Below, one piece after another: positions 1 to 10,580 of a stretch of 64,000 bases of DNA; position 1 is the stretch's first letter; each line of letters starts with the position of its first letter. The notes beneath the pieces are model-generated. The model ran no database searches. It was not told the DNA's origin and worked only from the letters and a program-made list of their open reading frames with translations. The position numbers and the translations under genes are program-made. The DNA lies in assembly GCA_963666215.2 (NCBI GenBank), contig CAXWPL010000005.1, positions 256,001-320,000 on the forward strand, read 5' to 3'. The stretch is from Acidobacteriota bacterium. GTDB lineage: Bacteria; Acidobacteriota; UBA890; WLXD01.

Positions 1-1660
1 ACGGTGTCTTTCACGCCCGTGAGGCTCGGGTCCCCGAGCTCCGTGCCCCACACATGTGGCGCTCGCCGAGCGAGGTAGGCGGCCGCAGCTTCTTCGCCGG
101 CTCGGTCTCCTCCGTGGACGACGACGGCCGAGTTTGAGTGGAAGGCGTCGGGCACCATTGAAACCCTACCGACCCCCGCTTTGGGCGGCGCGCCGCGCAG
201 CTTGCCCTCGCGAGCCAGATCGCGGACGTAGCTGTTGCTACGCCCCATGAGCACGAGGGGCCTGTCCTCCTCGTCGGGCTTGGTCAGCTCGCGATCGAAT
301 CCGACGAGTGGGAAGCTGAGTCCGGTCGACTCCAGCCCGATGCGAGCGGTGAGCTCGGCAACTCCTGCCGCCGCGTATCCGGCTTCGGCAGCTGTCGCGT
401 CAGGGATGACGATCATGGTGTCGGAATCGTCGGGAATCCGGTCGCCGTCGTCGTCGGCAAGCAATCCGTCACGGGCGGAGAAAAGCTGCGTCAGGTCGAA
501 GGTCCGTGCCCGCGCGGGCCCTCGCGGCGTCGCGCCAAACCGGCCACGCCCGGCTCCCGCCGCCCGGGACGTCTGGAAGCGCTGTGGAGCGACGCGCGGC
601 GGATTGAGCATGCGGGCAGGGACGCCGCGACGCGGCAACTCGACGTCGGCGCCACCGTCGCTCAGTTGCACCACCAGGGTACGAACGCTGGCGTAGTTGA
701 GTCGATCGGGTCGCGTCCCTGCACGTGCCGGGCCTGCAGCAGCTCGAACCCCTGGCGTGCCTGCGCGGCATTTTCCTGCACGTCGACGCTCATCACCAGC
801 TGGACCGCCTCGGCGGCTCCCGTGGCGTACGTCACCTCGTCGAACGACACGGCTCCGGGCTCGATTGCCACTCCCTGATCGGCGAGCCACGCGGCCGCCT
901 CCTCGGCAATGCGCCCGTAGGTGTCGCCGTTCTGCCGTCCGATCACGCTCCACAAGTACGGGCTGCGCGACGCAAAGGCTTCACCGTCAGCCTGCGTGCC
1001 CGCGGGATCCGCGCCGGCGATGAACACCGTGTTGCCGCGCCGCGTGGCGAGTCCCTCGCCCTCTGCGAGTTGAGCGATCCGATTCGTGACACCGGCCGGT
1101 GAGCCGGCGTGAGACCCGATCATGAAGACCAGCGCTGCCGTGCCGGAGTCGGGGGCGTCGCCCTGAAAGACCAGCGGGAAGCTGAGGCCGGCGGTTTCGA
1201 GCCCGAGGCGCGCGGCCACGGCGGCGGCGGCGGCGACTTCGCCAGCGGCCGCGTCCTCGGGAAGGACGATGCGAGCCGAGACGAAGTCGATCTGGTCGTC
1301 ACCGTTGCGGTCCTGCAGTGCCAGGCCCGGCTCGAACACCGCGGCGAGGCCGCCGGCGACCATCGCTCCCTCCTGGACTCGAATCATCGCGCCCTCGAGA
1401 AGACTCGGACCTGAGGGAATTCCGGCAACCACCGGCGGAACCGCCACAAGCAGCAGACACACGAAGACAAAGGGTCGGATCCGCAAGCGATCACGTCCAC
1501 CGATTACCGCGGGCCGGCCGTTCACACGATCACGATCGTTACCTGGCCTACCCACTCGACGTGTCGCCCTCGAACCCATGGTTTTCAGCCTCTGTGTAGT
1601 GGTCCTCCTGGCGGAGGAGACCCCGATCCTGGCAGGAGTGTCTGCCGGCTCGCCGCCCAC
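1..1660 (-). pseudogene. Large secreted protein with an internally repeated domain (possibly the N-terminus of an M14 metallopeptidase-like protein); frameshifted near 707 and running off the window
   Basis: ORF 662..1660 has a signal-like stretch and the block LQDRNGDDQIDF...ARLGLETAGLSFPLV. A shifted frame (707 down to 3) has no stop and carries a second copy, LADDDGDRIPD...ARIGLESTGLSFPLV. No peptidase motif is visible in the window, so the family is tentative. Confidence 0.65.
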
Positions 1661-1816
1661 AGGCGCCGACCCGCGCGTTTCATGCGGGTGTAGGTGTACT
1701 CGAAATCGGCGTCTCGATAAAGCGAGAGGGCCTTTCTGGCCCGGCCGTGGCCCGATGTGTTGCCCTCCTCACCGAGCACAACCGGACTCGATCGACTCCG
1801 AAGACTCCGACCGGAG

Positions 1817-2500
1817 CTATCGCCAGAGGGTCCAGCGCGCTTCCTCCGGAGCCCACCACCACAACGTCAGCCGTCCGGTGGGTCCGTATACGCGGAGCGC
1901 CACCGACTCACCGTTGCGGTTACGCAGGTAGAGGCTCCCGGGGGAAGCGCTCCCCGCCGGTGACGCGGCGAGAATCCGGCTCCTCCCGAAAGCCACGCCG
2001 CCGCGCCCCGCAGAGGCGCCGCCAGGTGGCCCCACCGTGGGCGGAAGCCCGGCGAGAACGCCCGGAAAGGCCACATCCAATCGGACCGCGCCCGACAGAT
2101 AGCGATCAACACCGCTCGCCAGATCACCTCGCCGCAGGCCGTCGCCATCACCGTCTTCGGCCAGACGCCACTCGAGATCGCCGTCTTGCGGCGCATCGTT
2201 GAACACCATGCCGTGGGTACGCCTGGCGGCCGCGGCTGCCACCCGCAACCCGGTAACCCTCAAGGCAAGGTGGCGCGCCGCACCCCGCAGGCGCAGACGC
2301 TCGGTCCAGCGGGCGTAGATGGGTGCCGCCGCCTGCAGCAACACCAGCAGCAGCGCCAGCGATACCAGCGCCTCGAGCAAGCCGTAGCCGGGAGGCCCAG
2401 GTGGGGACCCGGACCCGGGCCTCCGGCTCGGCTGGCCGCCCCCTACCCCCCCACAGCTCCTCCTGGAATCCGGCGTCCGGTGGGCGGGTGCGACACGCAA
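1817..2500 (-). CDS. GspH/FimT-like minor pilin or pseudopilin
   Basis: Prepilin-like G|YGLLE with Glu at +5, then a hydrophobic helix, RLRGAARHLA, and a C-terminal GSLYL...TGR. Start codon uncertain. Confidence 0.7.
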   Translation of the reverse strand: MRVAPAHRTPDSRRSCGGVGGGQPSRRPGSGSPPGPPGYGLLEALVSLALLLVLLQAAAPIYARWTERLRLRGAARHLALRVTGLRVAAAAARRTHGMVFNDAPQDGDLEWRLAEDGDGDGLRRGDLASGVDRYLSGAVRLDVAFPGVLAGLPPTVGPPGGASAGRGGVAFGRSRILAASPAGSASPGSLYLRNRNGESVALRVYGPTGRLTLWWWAPEEARWTLWR

Positions 2501-2507
2501 CGACGGT

Positions 2508-2858
2508 CTACTTGTCGTCCGTAAGCTTGATGTACGGACGCATCTTCTCGAGCGTCGACTCGCCGATCCCGCGGATGTTGAGAAGATCCTCGACGCGCTC
2601 GAACGTCCCGTTGCCCTGCCGGAACTGAATGATGCGCTCCGCGGTCGCGGGCCCCACGCCTGGAATCGCCTGCAGCTGTTCCGTCGAGGCCGTGTTGATG
2701 TTGACTCGCACCGCCGGTTGCGGTGCCGCAGCCTGCTGGGTTGCCAGGAAAATCTCCGGCCCGGGAGTCGGCACGGCCACGGTCCCCGGCACGACCGGCG
2801 CCAGCGGCGCGCTCGTGGCGACCAGTGCGATGAGTACGGTTGTTGCGATCGTCAGCAT
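2508..2858 (-). CDS. comEA: ComEA family helix-hairpin-helix DNA-binding protein
   Basis: Signal peptide, VNINTAS..L..IPGVGPATAERII, GTFERVEDLLNIRGIG; AAGGAGG ribosome-binding site upstream. Confidence 0.9.
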   Translation of the reverse strand: MLTIATTVLIALVATSAPLAPVVPGTVAVPTPGPEIFLATQQAAAPQPAVRVNINTASTEQLQAIPGVGPATAERIIQFRQGNGTFERVEDLLNIRGIGESTLEKMRPYIKLTDDK

Positions 2859-3191
2859 GCTGCACCTCCTTGTGAGGAGTCGAGCGGCGGCGAAGCGGCG
2901 CCTGGCGCGGCGATCCTGCCACCGTCATCAATAGAACGGGCGGAACGCCCTACGTTGGCCCTACATAGGGATCAGACGGGCACCGCCAGGTGCTTTTCCG
3001 CCGCGTCGCGAGCAATCGCGCGCCGGTCGCCGCCGTCCGCCGCGATACGCACCGCTGTGCTCGATTGCGCGCCTATGAGGCCCATGCTAGCGTCCGCACA
3101 CGGGGCGGCATCGATCTCTCTCCGCTTTGGCTCCGCGCTCCCGACTCCGCGAGCGCCGCCGCCCGACTCTTCCCGACTCTCGAGAAATCCG

Positions 3192-4652
3192 ATGGGCAAG
3201 GCCACGCACGACGAGTTCGTCACCGAGATCGCCTCGAAGTCCGAGGACTTCCCGCGCTGGTACACCGACGTCGTGCGTCGCGCCGAGCTCGCCGACTACT
3301 CGCCGGTGAAGGGCTGCATGGTGATCCGACCTTACGGATACGGCCTCTGGGAGAACACCCGCGACCACCTCGACGCGCGCATCAAGGCAACCGGACATCA
3401 AAACGCCTACTTTCCGCTCTTCATCCCCGAGAGCCTCCTGCAGAAAGAAGCCGACCACGTCAAAGGCTTTGCTCCCGAAGTCGCATGGGTGACTCACGGC
3501 GGCAAGAACAAGCTCGAGGAACGTCTTGCCGTGCGACCGACCTCCGAGGCCATCATCTGCAGCATGTACGCCAAGTGGATCCGCTCATGGCGCGACCTGC
3601 CGGTGCTGATCAACCAGTGGGCGAACGTGGTTCGATGGGAAAAGGTCACGCGCTTCTTCCTACGCACCACCGAGTTTCTATGGCAAGAGGGCCACACGGC
3701 TCATGCCACGGCGGACGAGTGCGAGGAAGAGGCGCGCAAGATGCTCGGCGTGTACACCGACTTCCTGCACGAAGACCTCGCGATCCCGGTTGTCCCAGGA
3801 ATCAAGACCGACAAGGAGAAGTTCGCCGGCGCCGACCACACCTACACGGTCGAGGCCCTGATGAGCGATGGCCGGGCACTTCAGGCGGGCACGTCCCACA
3901 ACCTCGGGCAGAACTTCGCCAAGGCCTTCGACATCCGTTTCGAAGATCAGAACCAGCAGCTGCAATCGGTTTGGCAGACCTCGTGGGGCATGACCACGCG
4001 CGTGATCGGGGCGCTCATCATGACCCACGGCGACGACAACGGACTCATCTTGCCGCCGCGGGTGGCCCCCTACCAGGTTGTCATCGTGCCGATTGCCGGA
4101 CGCAAGGGAAACGACTACGAAGAATCGGTGCTGCCAGCCGCGATTGCGCTACGAGAGCGACTGCAGGAGGCCGGCGTCCGTGTGTTCCTCGACGATCGAG
4201 CCGAGCACACACCGGGGTGGAAGTACAACGAATGGGAGCTCCGCGGAGTGCCGCTCCGCGCCGAGATCGGTCCACGTGACGTGCAGAACGAGCAGACGGT
4301 TTTTGTGCGACGCGACAACCGCGCCAAGGAGTTCGCGCCGCTGGCTGACGTCGGTGCAACCGCCACGCGGCTGCTAGAGGAGCTGCAACACGACATGCTG
4401 GAACGCGCCCGCGCCTTTGTCGAAGAGAACACGCACGCTATCTCGAGCTACGACGAGTTTCGCGAGCAGATGGCCGGCGGACGCGGCTTTCTGAGGGTCA
4501 ACTGGAGCGGCGATCGAGAGCTCGAGGAACGCATCCAGCAGGAGACTTCGGCAACAATCCGCTGCCTCCTGCTCGACACCGAGCCCGACGGGCCCTGTTT
4601 CATGACGGGCAAGCCGGCCGAGCACGTGGCGTTGTTCGCCAAGGCGTACTAA
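3192..4652 (+). CDS. proS: Proline--tRNA ligase, archaeal/eukaryote-like type without INS editing domain
   Basis: VRPTSE, NQWANVVRWE, FLRTTEFLWQEGHT, QAGTSHNLGQNF, C-terminal KAY. Start trimmed to the ATG at 3192. Confidence 0.97.
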   Translation: MGKATHDEFVTEIASKSEDFPRWYTDVVRRAELADYSPVKGCMVIRPYGYGLWENTRDHLDARIKATGHQNAYFPLFIPESLLQKEADHVKGFAPEVAWVTHGGKNKLEERLAVRPTSEAIICSMYAKWIRSWRDLPVLINQWANVVRWEKVTRFFLRTTEFLWQEGHTAHATADECEEEARKMLGVYTDFLHEDLAIPVVPGIKTDKEKFAGADHTYTVEALMSDGRALQAGTSHNLGQNFAKAFDIRFEDQNQQLQSVWQTSWGMTTRVIGALIMTHGDDNGLILPPRVAPYQVVIVPIAGRKGNDYEESVLPAAIALRERLQEAGVRVFLDDRAEHTPGWKYNEWELRGVPLRAEIGPRDVQNEQTVFVRRDNRAKEFAPLADVGATATRLLEELQHDMLERARAFVEENTHAISSYDEFREQMAGGRGFLRVNWSGDRELEERIQQETSATIRCLLLDTEPDGPCFMTGKPAEHVALFAKAY

Positions 4653-4782
4653 CCGCTTCCCGGGCATACCGATCCCCTTCGCGCCTTCGATCGGATCGCG
4701 AGCTCGGGTTCGCCAGCTTCGACAGTGGCGGTCGCGAGAAGTGAAGGGTCGCCGCCCGCGTTCGCCTGGTCGGGCGGATGTG

Positions 4783-6975
4783 CTACTGGGAGCTCACATC
4801 GAGCTTCGCGAGCAACTCCAGCGCCGCACGCACGTCAGGCTGCTCGGGGTCCAGTTGCAGCGAGGCGCGATAAGCCGCCGCCGCGTTGGCCGGCTCACCC
4901 AACGCCTCGAGGATCGCGGCGAGCTCCTTCCAAGCAACGGCCGTCGGCCGCGCGGCCACGAGCTGCCGCACCAGCGGACTCGCCTCCTCGGCGCGGCCAA
5001 CGCCGCGCAGCGCGCGACTGAGGTTCAGGATGTCCGCGGGCCCGGCGCCGCCCGAGCCACGTAGGCGCGTAAGCGCATCGATGCTGGCGTCGAAGTCCTC
5101 CTCGTCGAGAGCCAGCTGAGCCAACGATCGCAACAAGTCGGGCGACCCCGGCGTGCGCTGCAGCCCGGCCACCAGATAGTCCCTCGCCAGTTCACCCTGG
5201 CCGACGCGGGCGTGCTGCAGGGCGCGGGCGCGGTACTCGGATACATCGCCCGGAGCGGCGTCGCCGCCCAGCAGAATCTCTGGTGTTCGCGGCTCGCGTC
5301 CGCTTTCTACAACCGTGATCGGGGCCTCGACGCTGAGCTCCTGTCCGTTCCCTACTCGAGCGCTCAACCGAACCTTGTAAGCCCCCGGCTCAACCCCGTT
5401 CAAGGGCAGCTCCACCCGCAGGTCGGTTGGTGACGGGGCCGGCTGCGTAGGCAGATCCGCCGTGTACACCGTCGACCTGCCGACGCCCGACTCGTCAACG
5501 AGCGTAACGGTCGCCACAATCGTCGGTGCAACCGCGGCCGCAAGATCAGGCACAACCTGCGCCAGCACCAACAGCTGTCCGCGGTTGCCAACAATCCCAT
5601 CGACGCTCGGCACGAGTTGCGAGTCGCCAAACCGGAACGCCCGCGGCCCGGTCTCGGTTGGCGGCGTTCGTGCCGGCACGGCGGCACGCGCAAGCAGCAG
5701 CTCGCTCATCGCCCAGCCACCCTCGGGTACCGTGGGCACCCTCACTCGCACCGACTCAACCGCCCGCTCGTCGGCGACCTTGTTGACGAAGGTCAGCGAC
5801 ACGTCATACACGCCAGGAATCATGTCGACGCGATCGAACCAGGCCAGAGGCGCTCGGATCACCTCGTCCTTCTTGGCCTCATCGAAGTGTTGCTCGACAT
5901 TCTGGCTAACGGTCTCGACCTCGGTCTTCCGAAGGTCAGTGATCGTCAGGTCAACCCCGAGGCTGACGTAGTAGTCGTCTTCGTACTGGCCGAGCAGAAC
6001 TCGCTGCGTAGGGATTTGCACGGCGTAGTGGATGAACGGAATGCCACGACTGTCCCAAAAGCCGTACGCCGCGAAATCCACCGGTACACGATCGAACGCG
6101 ACAACCGACTCCGCACTGCCGCGGTTTGCGAAGAAGCGCGTGGCATAGGCCGCATCCACGCGCCGGTACGGTGCCTCTGCAATCCCGCGCTGCACGAAAG
6201 CGTTGCCGGCGGACGGTCGCGGGTCACGAAAGTCGGTCGGCTCCGACAGGTTCATGTTGACGGCCGCGTGGGCGAGCTCCGCACTGAGTGATACGCGCAG
6301 GTGCTCGATGATCTGGACGGGCTCGCGCAGCTGCAGCGTGATTTGTTTTGCGAGTTGCTCTGGCCCATCGGCAAACGGGTCATACAGGCGGAACTCCTGC
6401 GACTGCTGCGGCCTGAAGAACAGCGTGTAGAAGAACGCGGGCAGGGCCGTGCCAATCGGATCGACGGCGTAGGTCCAGAGCTCCATCGGCCAGAACGCCC
6501 GGGGGGCGACGAAGCGCTGGACTTCCTGGGGCTCGCCGAGCTGGATGTACGTCCTGCCGCGATCGGTCATCCAGCCGGCGCGCGGCGTCTCCTGGCCAAG
6601 CTGGCGGTTGGCAAAGGCCACCCGACGGTAGTGTTCCTCGAGCGCCTCGTTCTTGACGGTCCCGGGACTCGGATCGCGGGTGCGCCAGAATGCCTTGATG
6701 AACCCCTCGCGCTCTTCGTCGCTGCCCAGCTTTTCGAAAACCTCGCGCTCGAACGGGCTGATGATGTAGATGACGTCGTGGGTTAGCCAGGCTTCGTGCT
6801 TTTCCGCCAGCGGCGCCGGAGGGGGGGCCCCCTCTTCGAGTAGCTGCGCCGACGCCTCCGGAATGGCCATCGTAGGCGTCCCGGCATCCGGCGGACGCCC
6901 CGCGGATGTGGCGATCAACGCCACCGTCAGAGCAACCAGCGTGCGCCAGCGGTACCGACTTCGGCCAGGGTGCAT
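4783..6975 (-). CDS. GWxTD domain protein with C-terminal TPR repeats
   Basis: DVIYIIS..E..F, FW.TRDPSPGTVKNEALEEHYRRV..AN and GWMTDRGRTYI.LGEP motifs; TPR-like C-terminus. Start approximate. Confidence 0.9.
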   Translation of the reverse strand: MHPGRSRYRWRTLVALTVALIATSAGRPPDAGTPTMAIPEASAQLLEEGAPPPAPLAEKHEAWLTHDVIYIISPFEREVFEKLGSDEEREGFIKAFWRTRDPSPGTVKNEALEEHYRRVAFANRQLGQETPRAGWMTDRGRTYIQLGEPQEVQRFVAPRAFWPMELWTYAVDPIGTALPAFFYTLFFRPQQSQEFRLYDPFADGPEQLAKQITLQLREPVQIIEHLRVSLSAELAHAAVNMNLSEPTDFRDPRPSAGNAFVQRGIAEAPYRRVDAAYATRFFANRGSAESVVAFDRVPVDFAAYGFWDSRGIPFIHYAVQIPTQRVLLGQYEDDYYVSLGVDLTITDLRKTEVETVSQNVEQHFDEAKKDEVIRAPLAWFDRVDMIPGVYDVSLTFVNKVADERAVESVRVRVPTVPEGGWAMSELLLARAAVPARTPPTETGPRAFRFGDSQLVPSVDGIVGNRGQLLVLAQVVPDLAAAVAPTIVATVTLVDESGVGRSTVYTADLPTQPAPSPTDLRVELPLNGVEPGAYKVRLSARVGNGQELSVEAPITVVESGREPRTPEILLGGDAAPGDVSEYRARALQHARVGQGELARDYLVAGLQRTPGSPDLLRSLAQLALDEEDFDASIDALTRLRGSGGAGPADILNLSRALRGVGRAEEASPLVRQLVAARPTAVAWKELAAILEALGEPANAAAAYRASLQLDPEQPDVRAALELLAKLDVSSQ

Positions 6976-7193
6976 CGGAAGACTCCTGAGCGTCGCTGCC
7001 TCGGATCGGCTCAACGAGACGCCGTGACGGCCGTGGGAAGCCTGAACAATCGAAGAGCGGTCAGGACTCGGTCCCGACCGCTCTCGATTGTATCTTGCGG
7101 CCAACCCCGATCTCACGCTCTCAGCTCAACCGCCGTTGCGGGCAAGCCGGTGCTTCAGGGCCGGTCTCTCAAACTCTTCGTGTCTGCGCCGCT

Positions 7194-7613
7194 CTACCAG
7201 TCGTCTCCGCGGAGCCCGCCTCGGAGAACAATCACGCCGAGGAAAGCGCTGATCGCGCCGACGCCGTACGACACATACGAGTCGTCGTTCTTTTTGCGAC
7301 CGAAGATGTCACCTTCGGAGTCCCAAAGGTCTGCGCCATTCACGATCACCGCGGCCCCTCCGAGAATCAAGAGAACACCCACCAAAACCTTGCCGCCGTT
7401 CTTGCCACTTTGGAGAACGACAGGGGTCGCCGCACCACTGGCCACGTCCTCGCCGATGATCGCTCTGGCAGCGTCATCGAGGGCGAGGCGGAAACCCGGC
7501 GTCGTGGTGGCGGCCACCGGCTTTTCGGGGCCCTCCGACGGAGCCGGAACTACGGCAAGCGCCGGCGCCGCAATCAGGCTGGTCGCGAGAACCATCGTGA
7601 TAATTCGTTTCAT
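7194..7613 (-). CDS. Hypothetical exported/membrane protein
   Basis: GAGGAG ribosome-binding site, MKR-type signal peptide and two C-terminal hydrophobic segments. Confidence 0.75.
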   Translation of the reverse strand: MKRIITMVLATSLIAAPALAVVPAPSEGPEKPVAATTTPGFRLALDDAARAIIGEDVASGAATPVVLQSGKNGGKVLVGVLLILGGAAVIVNGADLWDSEGDIFGRKKNDDSYVSYGVGAISAFLGVIVLRGGLRGDDW

Positions 7614-7660
7614 CGAGCTCTCCTCGTTCGTCTCGTCGTCCTGAGAACAAAGCCGCCGAG

Positions 7661-7693
7661 CGCCGCGGCCCGTTTATTCCGCGGGCCGCGGCG
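7661..7693. terminator. GC-rich stem-loop downstream of the TBDR gene
   Basis: Perfect 12-bp inverted repeat CGCCGCGGCCCG / CGGGCCGCGGCG. No clear U-tail, so it may be an mRNA-stabilising hairpin rather than a terminator. Confidence 0.5.
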
Positions 7694-7715
7694 ATCGGGT
7701 CAGGCTCGAGTCAGG

Positions 7716-10451
7716 CTAGAACAACCAGCGCAACGCAATGCGGAAGATCCGCGGGTTCGGGATCGACCTGGGATCGCCGAAGAACGGCTCACGCAGTTGG
7801 ATGTTGGTCACCGTGTCTTCGTTCGTGACGTTGAACACATCCATCAACAGACCGAGGTCCCCGAGAGCATTCGGCAGCTGGAACTTCTTCTCCGCCCGCA
7901 CATTGAGGTTCTTCAAGCTGTCGAGCGACGTAGAACCCATCTGCTCGATCGGGACCGTGACACGGCCCTGGTTGAAGCCACTGAACCGCTGCGTGTGTGT
8001 GAACGCTCCACTGCTCATGGCATCGAACTGGAAGCCGATGAGCGTACGGATCGGATCCGGCAGCAGGTACGAGCCCTGCAGCTTGAACACGTAGCGACGC
8101 GAGTTCGGTAGCTCACCCGGGGCACCCACGAACACGTTCGGCGTGTCGAACGCGGAGACGGAGCCCCCGTTGCCGCTCTGGCTGCTGGAGGTGAAGAAGT
8201 TGGCTTCCGACTTCTGCACCATCAACGACGCGATCAGCGCCCAGTTGTCGGCAAGCCGTTTGTTGACCAGGAACTGCACACCATTGTAGGTGCGCTCCAG
8301 ATTGCCATTCGGGTTGTTGACCATCAGGCGGAACCGGTCGAATATGTCGGCGTTGAAGAGCGTCAACGAATTGCCGTTGAGGTCCGTCACCGACACCGGC
8401 ACGAACGTCGAGCCGACGTCCTTGCCGCCGTAGAGGTCCTTATCGTCCTTGTGGACCCACTTCACGCCAACGGCCACATCTTCGAACAGCTGGTGGTCGA
8501 TGCCGACCGTGATCTGGTCGCTGTAAGTGTTCTGCAGGTCCGGATCGATCCCCAGCCCGGTGAGAGCGTTGGTCCTGAAGAACTCGGTGAACTGCGCACC
8601 GTCCCAGAACAGGCCCACGAAGTCCGACCGCTGCGGGTCGAAGTTATCGAAGGAGCTGCCGTGAGCCTCCTCGTAGAACCGACCCCAGAAACCGTGTAGA
8701 GCCGTACGACCGTCTCCGAAGACGTCGAAGTTGATGCCGGCGCGCGGCGCGAAGTCGTTGAAGGTGGGCTCGTCGGGCCGCGTGACGTCGACGAAACCGA
8801 TCTTCCACGAGTCGAAGCGGGCACCGAGATTCAGAGTGACACGATCGGCGATCGTCCAGTCGTCCTGAACAAACGCGGTGAGCACGTTGATGTTCGACGT
8901 GTTGCGCGTGAAGTCCGGATCGTTCTGGTAGGCCAGGTACGGGTCGCCGAAGTACGGGTAGTAGATGATGCCTTCACCCGCCCCGTTCAGGCCATAGCGC
9001 GCCTGGTCGTCGGTCTTCAGGTTCTCGTACTCGAGACCGAACTTGAACGAATGGCTACCCGCGAAGTCCTCGGCAAAGTATGAGACGTTGCCCTGGAAAT
9101 TCGTGCGCGCCCGGTCGAACGTGTAGTGCGCCCAGTAGGCATCCGTGAACCGGCCGGTGCCGAGATCGAAGCTCGCCGGTCCCTCGCTGATCGGAATCAG
9201 GTCGAAGAAGCCGTAGAAGCCCGAGTACTTCAGCTCCAGGAAGGCGTCCGGCGAAAGGACACTGTTCCACGTGATATTCGGGGTGATGTTCATCGACGGC
9301 TCGTGCGCGGTGGCCGAGATGTCGGTGTTCGGCCGCGCCGGGCGACCGTCGAGGGTATAGGTGTCGGCCATCACCGAGCCGATGAGCCGGGTGTTCTGGT
9401 TGGCCTGCCAGGTGAACTTGCCGAGGAAGCGGTCGGAGTTCTGCGGCGATACGTACTCCGCTCCGGCGCGCTGAAACGAGTCGTAGAACGCCTGGTAGCC
9501 GGCGAAGAACCAAATCTCGTCCTTCTTCAGCGGCCCGCCGAGATTCGCGGTGGCGTCGTAGCGGTAGTCGAGGACCGGAGGTGAAAAGCTACTCAGGACC
9601 GACGGACCGCCCGTGAGCGGGTTGGTGACGTTCTGCGTGTTGTCGCCGATGAAGAAGCAACCTTCACCCGGTGAACTTCGGGAACACCCGCCCTGGTAGA
9701 AGAAGTTGCCCTCGCCGTGGAAGTTGTTGCCTCCCGACTTGGTGACGACGTTGAAGACGCCGCCCTGGGCCTTGCCGTACTCGGCGCCGGCGCCGCTCGT
9801 GACCATCTCGACGACCTCGAACCAATCCGGGCTGTAGAACGGGAACTGGCCGCCTCCACCAGGATCGGTAACGGACACGCCGTCGACCTGGAAAGCGTTC
9901 GAGCCCGTTGGCGAGCCGAAGAAGCTCGGCGTCGAGCCCGTGTCGCCGGTACCGCCAGGGCTGGCGTCCGGCGACAGGTTCATCAGGTCGCGACCAACAC
10001 CGCGAATCTCGGGCAGTGTGTTGCGCAGCGCGTCGCTGTACTCGCTGCCGCCCTTCGTGCTCTTGATGTCGACGATCGGCGACCTCGCGGTGACCGTGAT
10101 CGTCTCTTCGACCGAGGCCAGACGCATGCTGACGCCGATGGTGCTGGTGCGACGAACGCCGACGTTGACGTTCTCGTAAACGACGGTGCTGAAGCCCTGC
10201 AGCTCGAAGACCAGGCGGTAGTTGCCCGGCGGAAGCAGCGTTGCACGATAAGTCCCGTCGGTACCGGTGAACACCACCTGCTGGCCGATCAGCGACGCCG
10301 AGGTGATGGTTGCCGTCACACCCGGAAGCGGTGCGCCATCGGCGTCGAGGACCGTGCCACCGACCGAGCCGGTGCTCGTTACCTGCGCGTGCGCCAGCCC
10401 GGCGGCCCCCACCAGCAGCAATGCCGCGAGGATCGTGAAGGCGCTCTTCAT
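7716..10451 (-). CDS. TonB-dependent receptor, Oar-like, with N-terminal carboxypeptidase-regulatory-like domain
   Basis: Signal peptide, G.V.D.DGAPLPGVT, plug motif AEYG...GGVFNVVTKSGGNNFHG, FVQDDWTI..RVTLNLGARFD, terminal Phe. Confidence 0.93.
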   Translation of the reverse strand: MKSAFTILAALLLVGAAGLAHAQVTSTGSVGGTVLDADGAPLPGVTATITSASLIGQQVVFTGTDGTYRATLLPPGNYRLVFELQGFSTVVYENVNVGVRRTSTIGVSMRLASVEETITVTARSPIVDIKSTKGGSEYSDALRNTLPEIRGVGRDLMNLSPDASPGGTGDTGSTPSFFGSPTGSNAFQVDGVSVTDPGGGGQFPFYSPDWFEVVEMVTSGAGAEYGKAQGGVFNVVTKSGGNNFHGEGNFFYQGGCSRSSPGEGCFFIGDNTQNVTNPLTGGPSVLSSFSPPVLDYRYDATANLGGPLKKDEIWFFAGYQAFYDSFQRAGAEYVSPQNSDRFLGKFTWQANQNTRLIGSVMADTYTLDGRPARPNTDISATAHEPSMNITPNITWNSVLSPDAFLELKYSGFYGFFDLIPISEGPASFDLGTGRFTDAYWAHYTFDRARTNFQGNVSYFAEDFAGSHSFKFGLEYENLKTDDQARYGLNGAGEGIIYYPYFGDPYLAYQNDPDFTRNTSNINVLTAFVQDDWTIADRVTLNLGARFDSWKIGFVDVTRPDEPTFNDFAPRAGINFDVFGDGRTALHGFWGRFYEEAHGSSFDNFDPQRSDFVGLFWDGAQFTEFFRTNALTGLGIDPDLQNTYSDQITVGIDHQLFEDVAVGVKWVHKDDKDLYGGKDVGSTFVPVSVTDLNGNSLTLFNADIFDRFRLMVNNPNGNLERTYNGVQFLVNKRLADNWALIASLMVQKSEANFFTSSSQSGNGGSVSAFDTPNVFVGAPGELPNSRRYVFKLQGSYLLPDPIRTLIGFQFDAMSSGAFTHTQRFSGFNQGRVTVPIEQMGSTSLDSLKNLNVRAEKKFQLPNALGDLGLLMDVFNVTNEDTVTNIQLREPFFGDPRSIPNPRIFRIALRWLF

Positions 10452-10580
10452 GGAGATAACCCTCCTGTTGGGTTAACTGTGGCCACCCGGACGGCGTCCG
10501 GGATTTGCGGCCGTGATCGTAACTCGTACCCGAACGCCAGTAAATCCAACGCTCGGCAAGGGAATCCAACATGATGTAAG

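Noticed and set aside
2990-4279. 429-aa Arg-rich ORF overlapping proS, and similar off-frame ORFs throughout
   Set aside because: Alternative frame of a real gene; Arg/Pro/Ala-rich composition typical of spurious ORFs.
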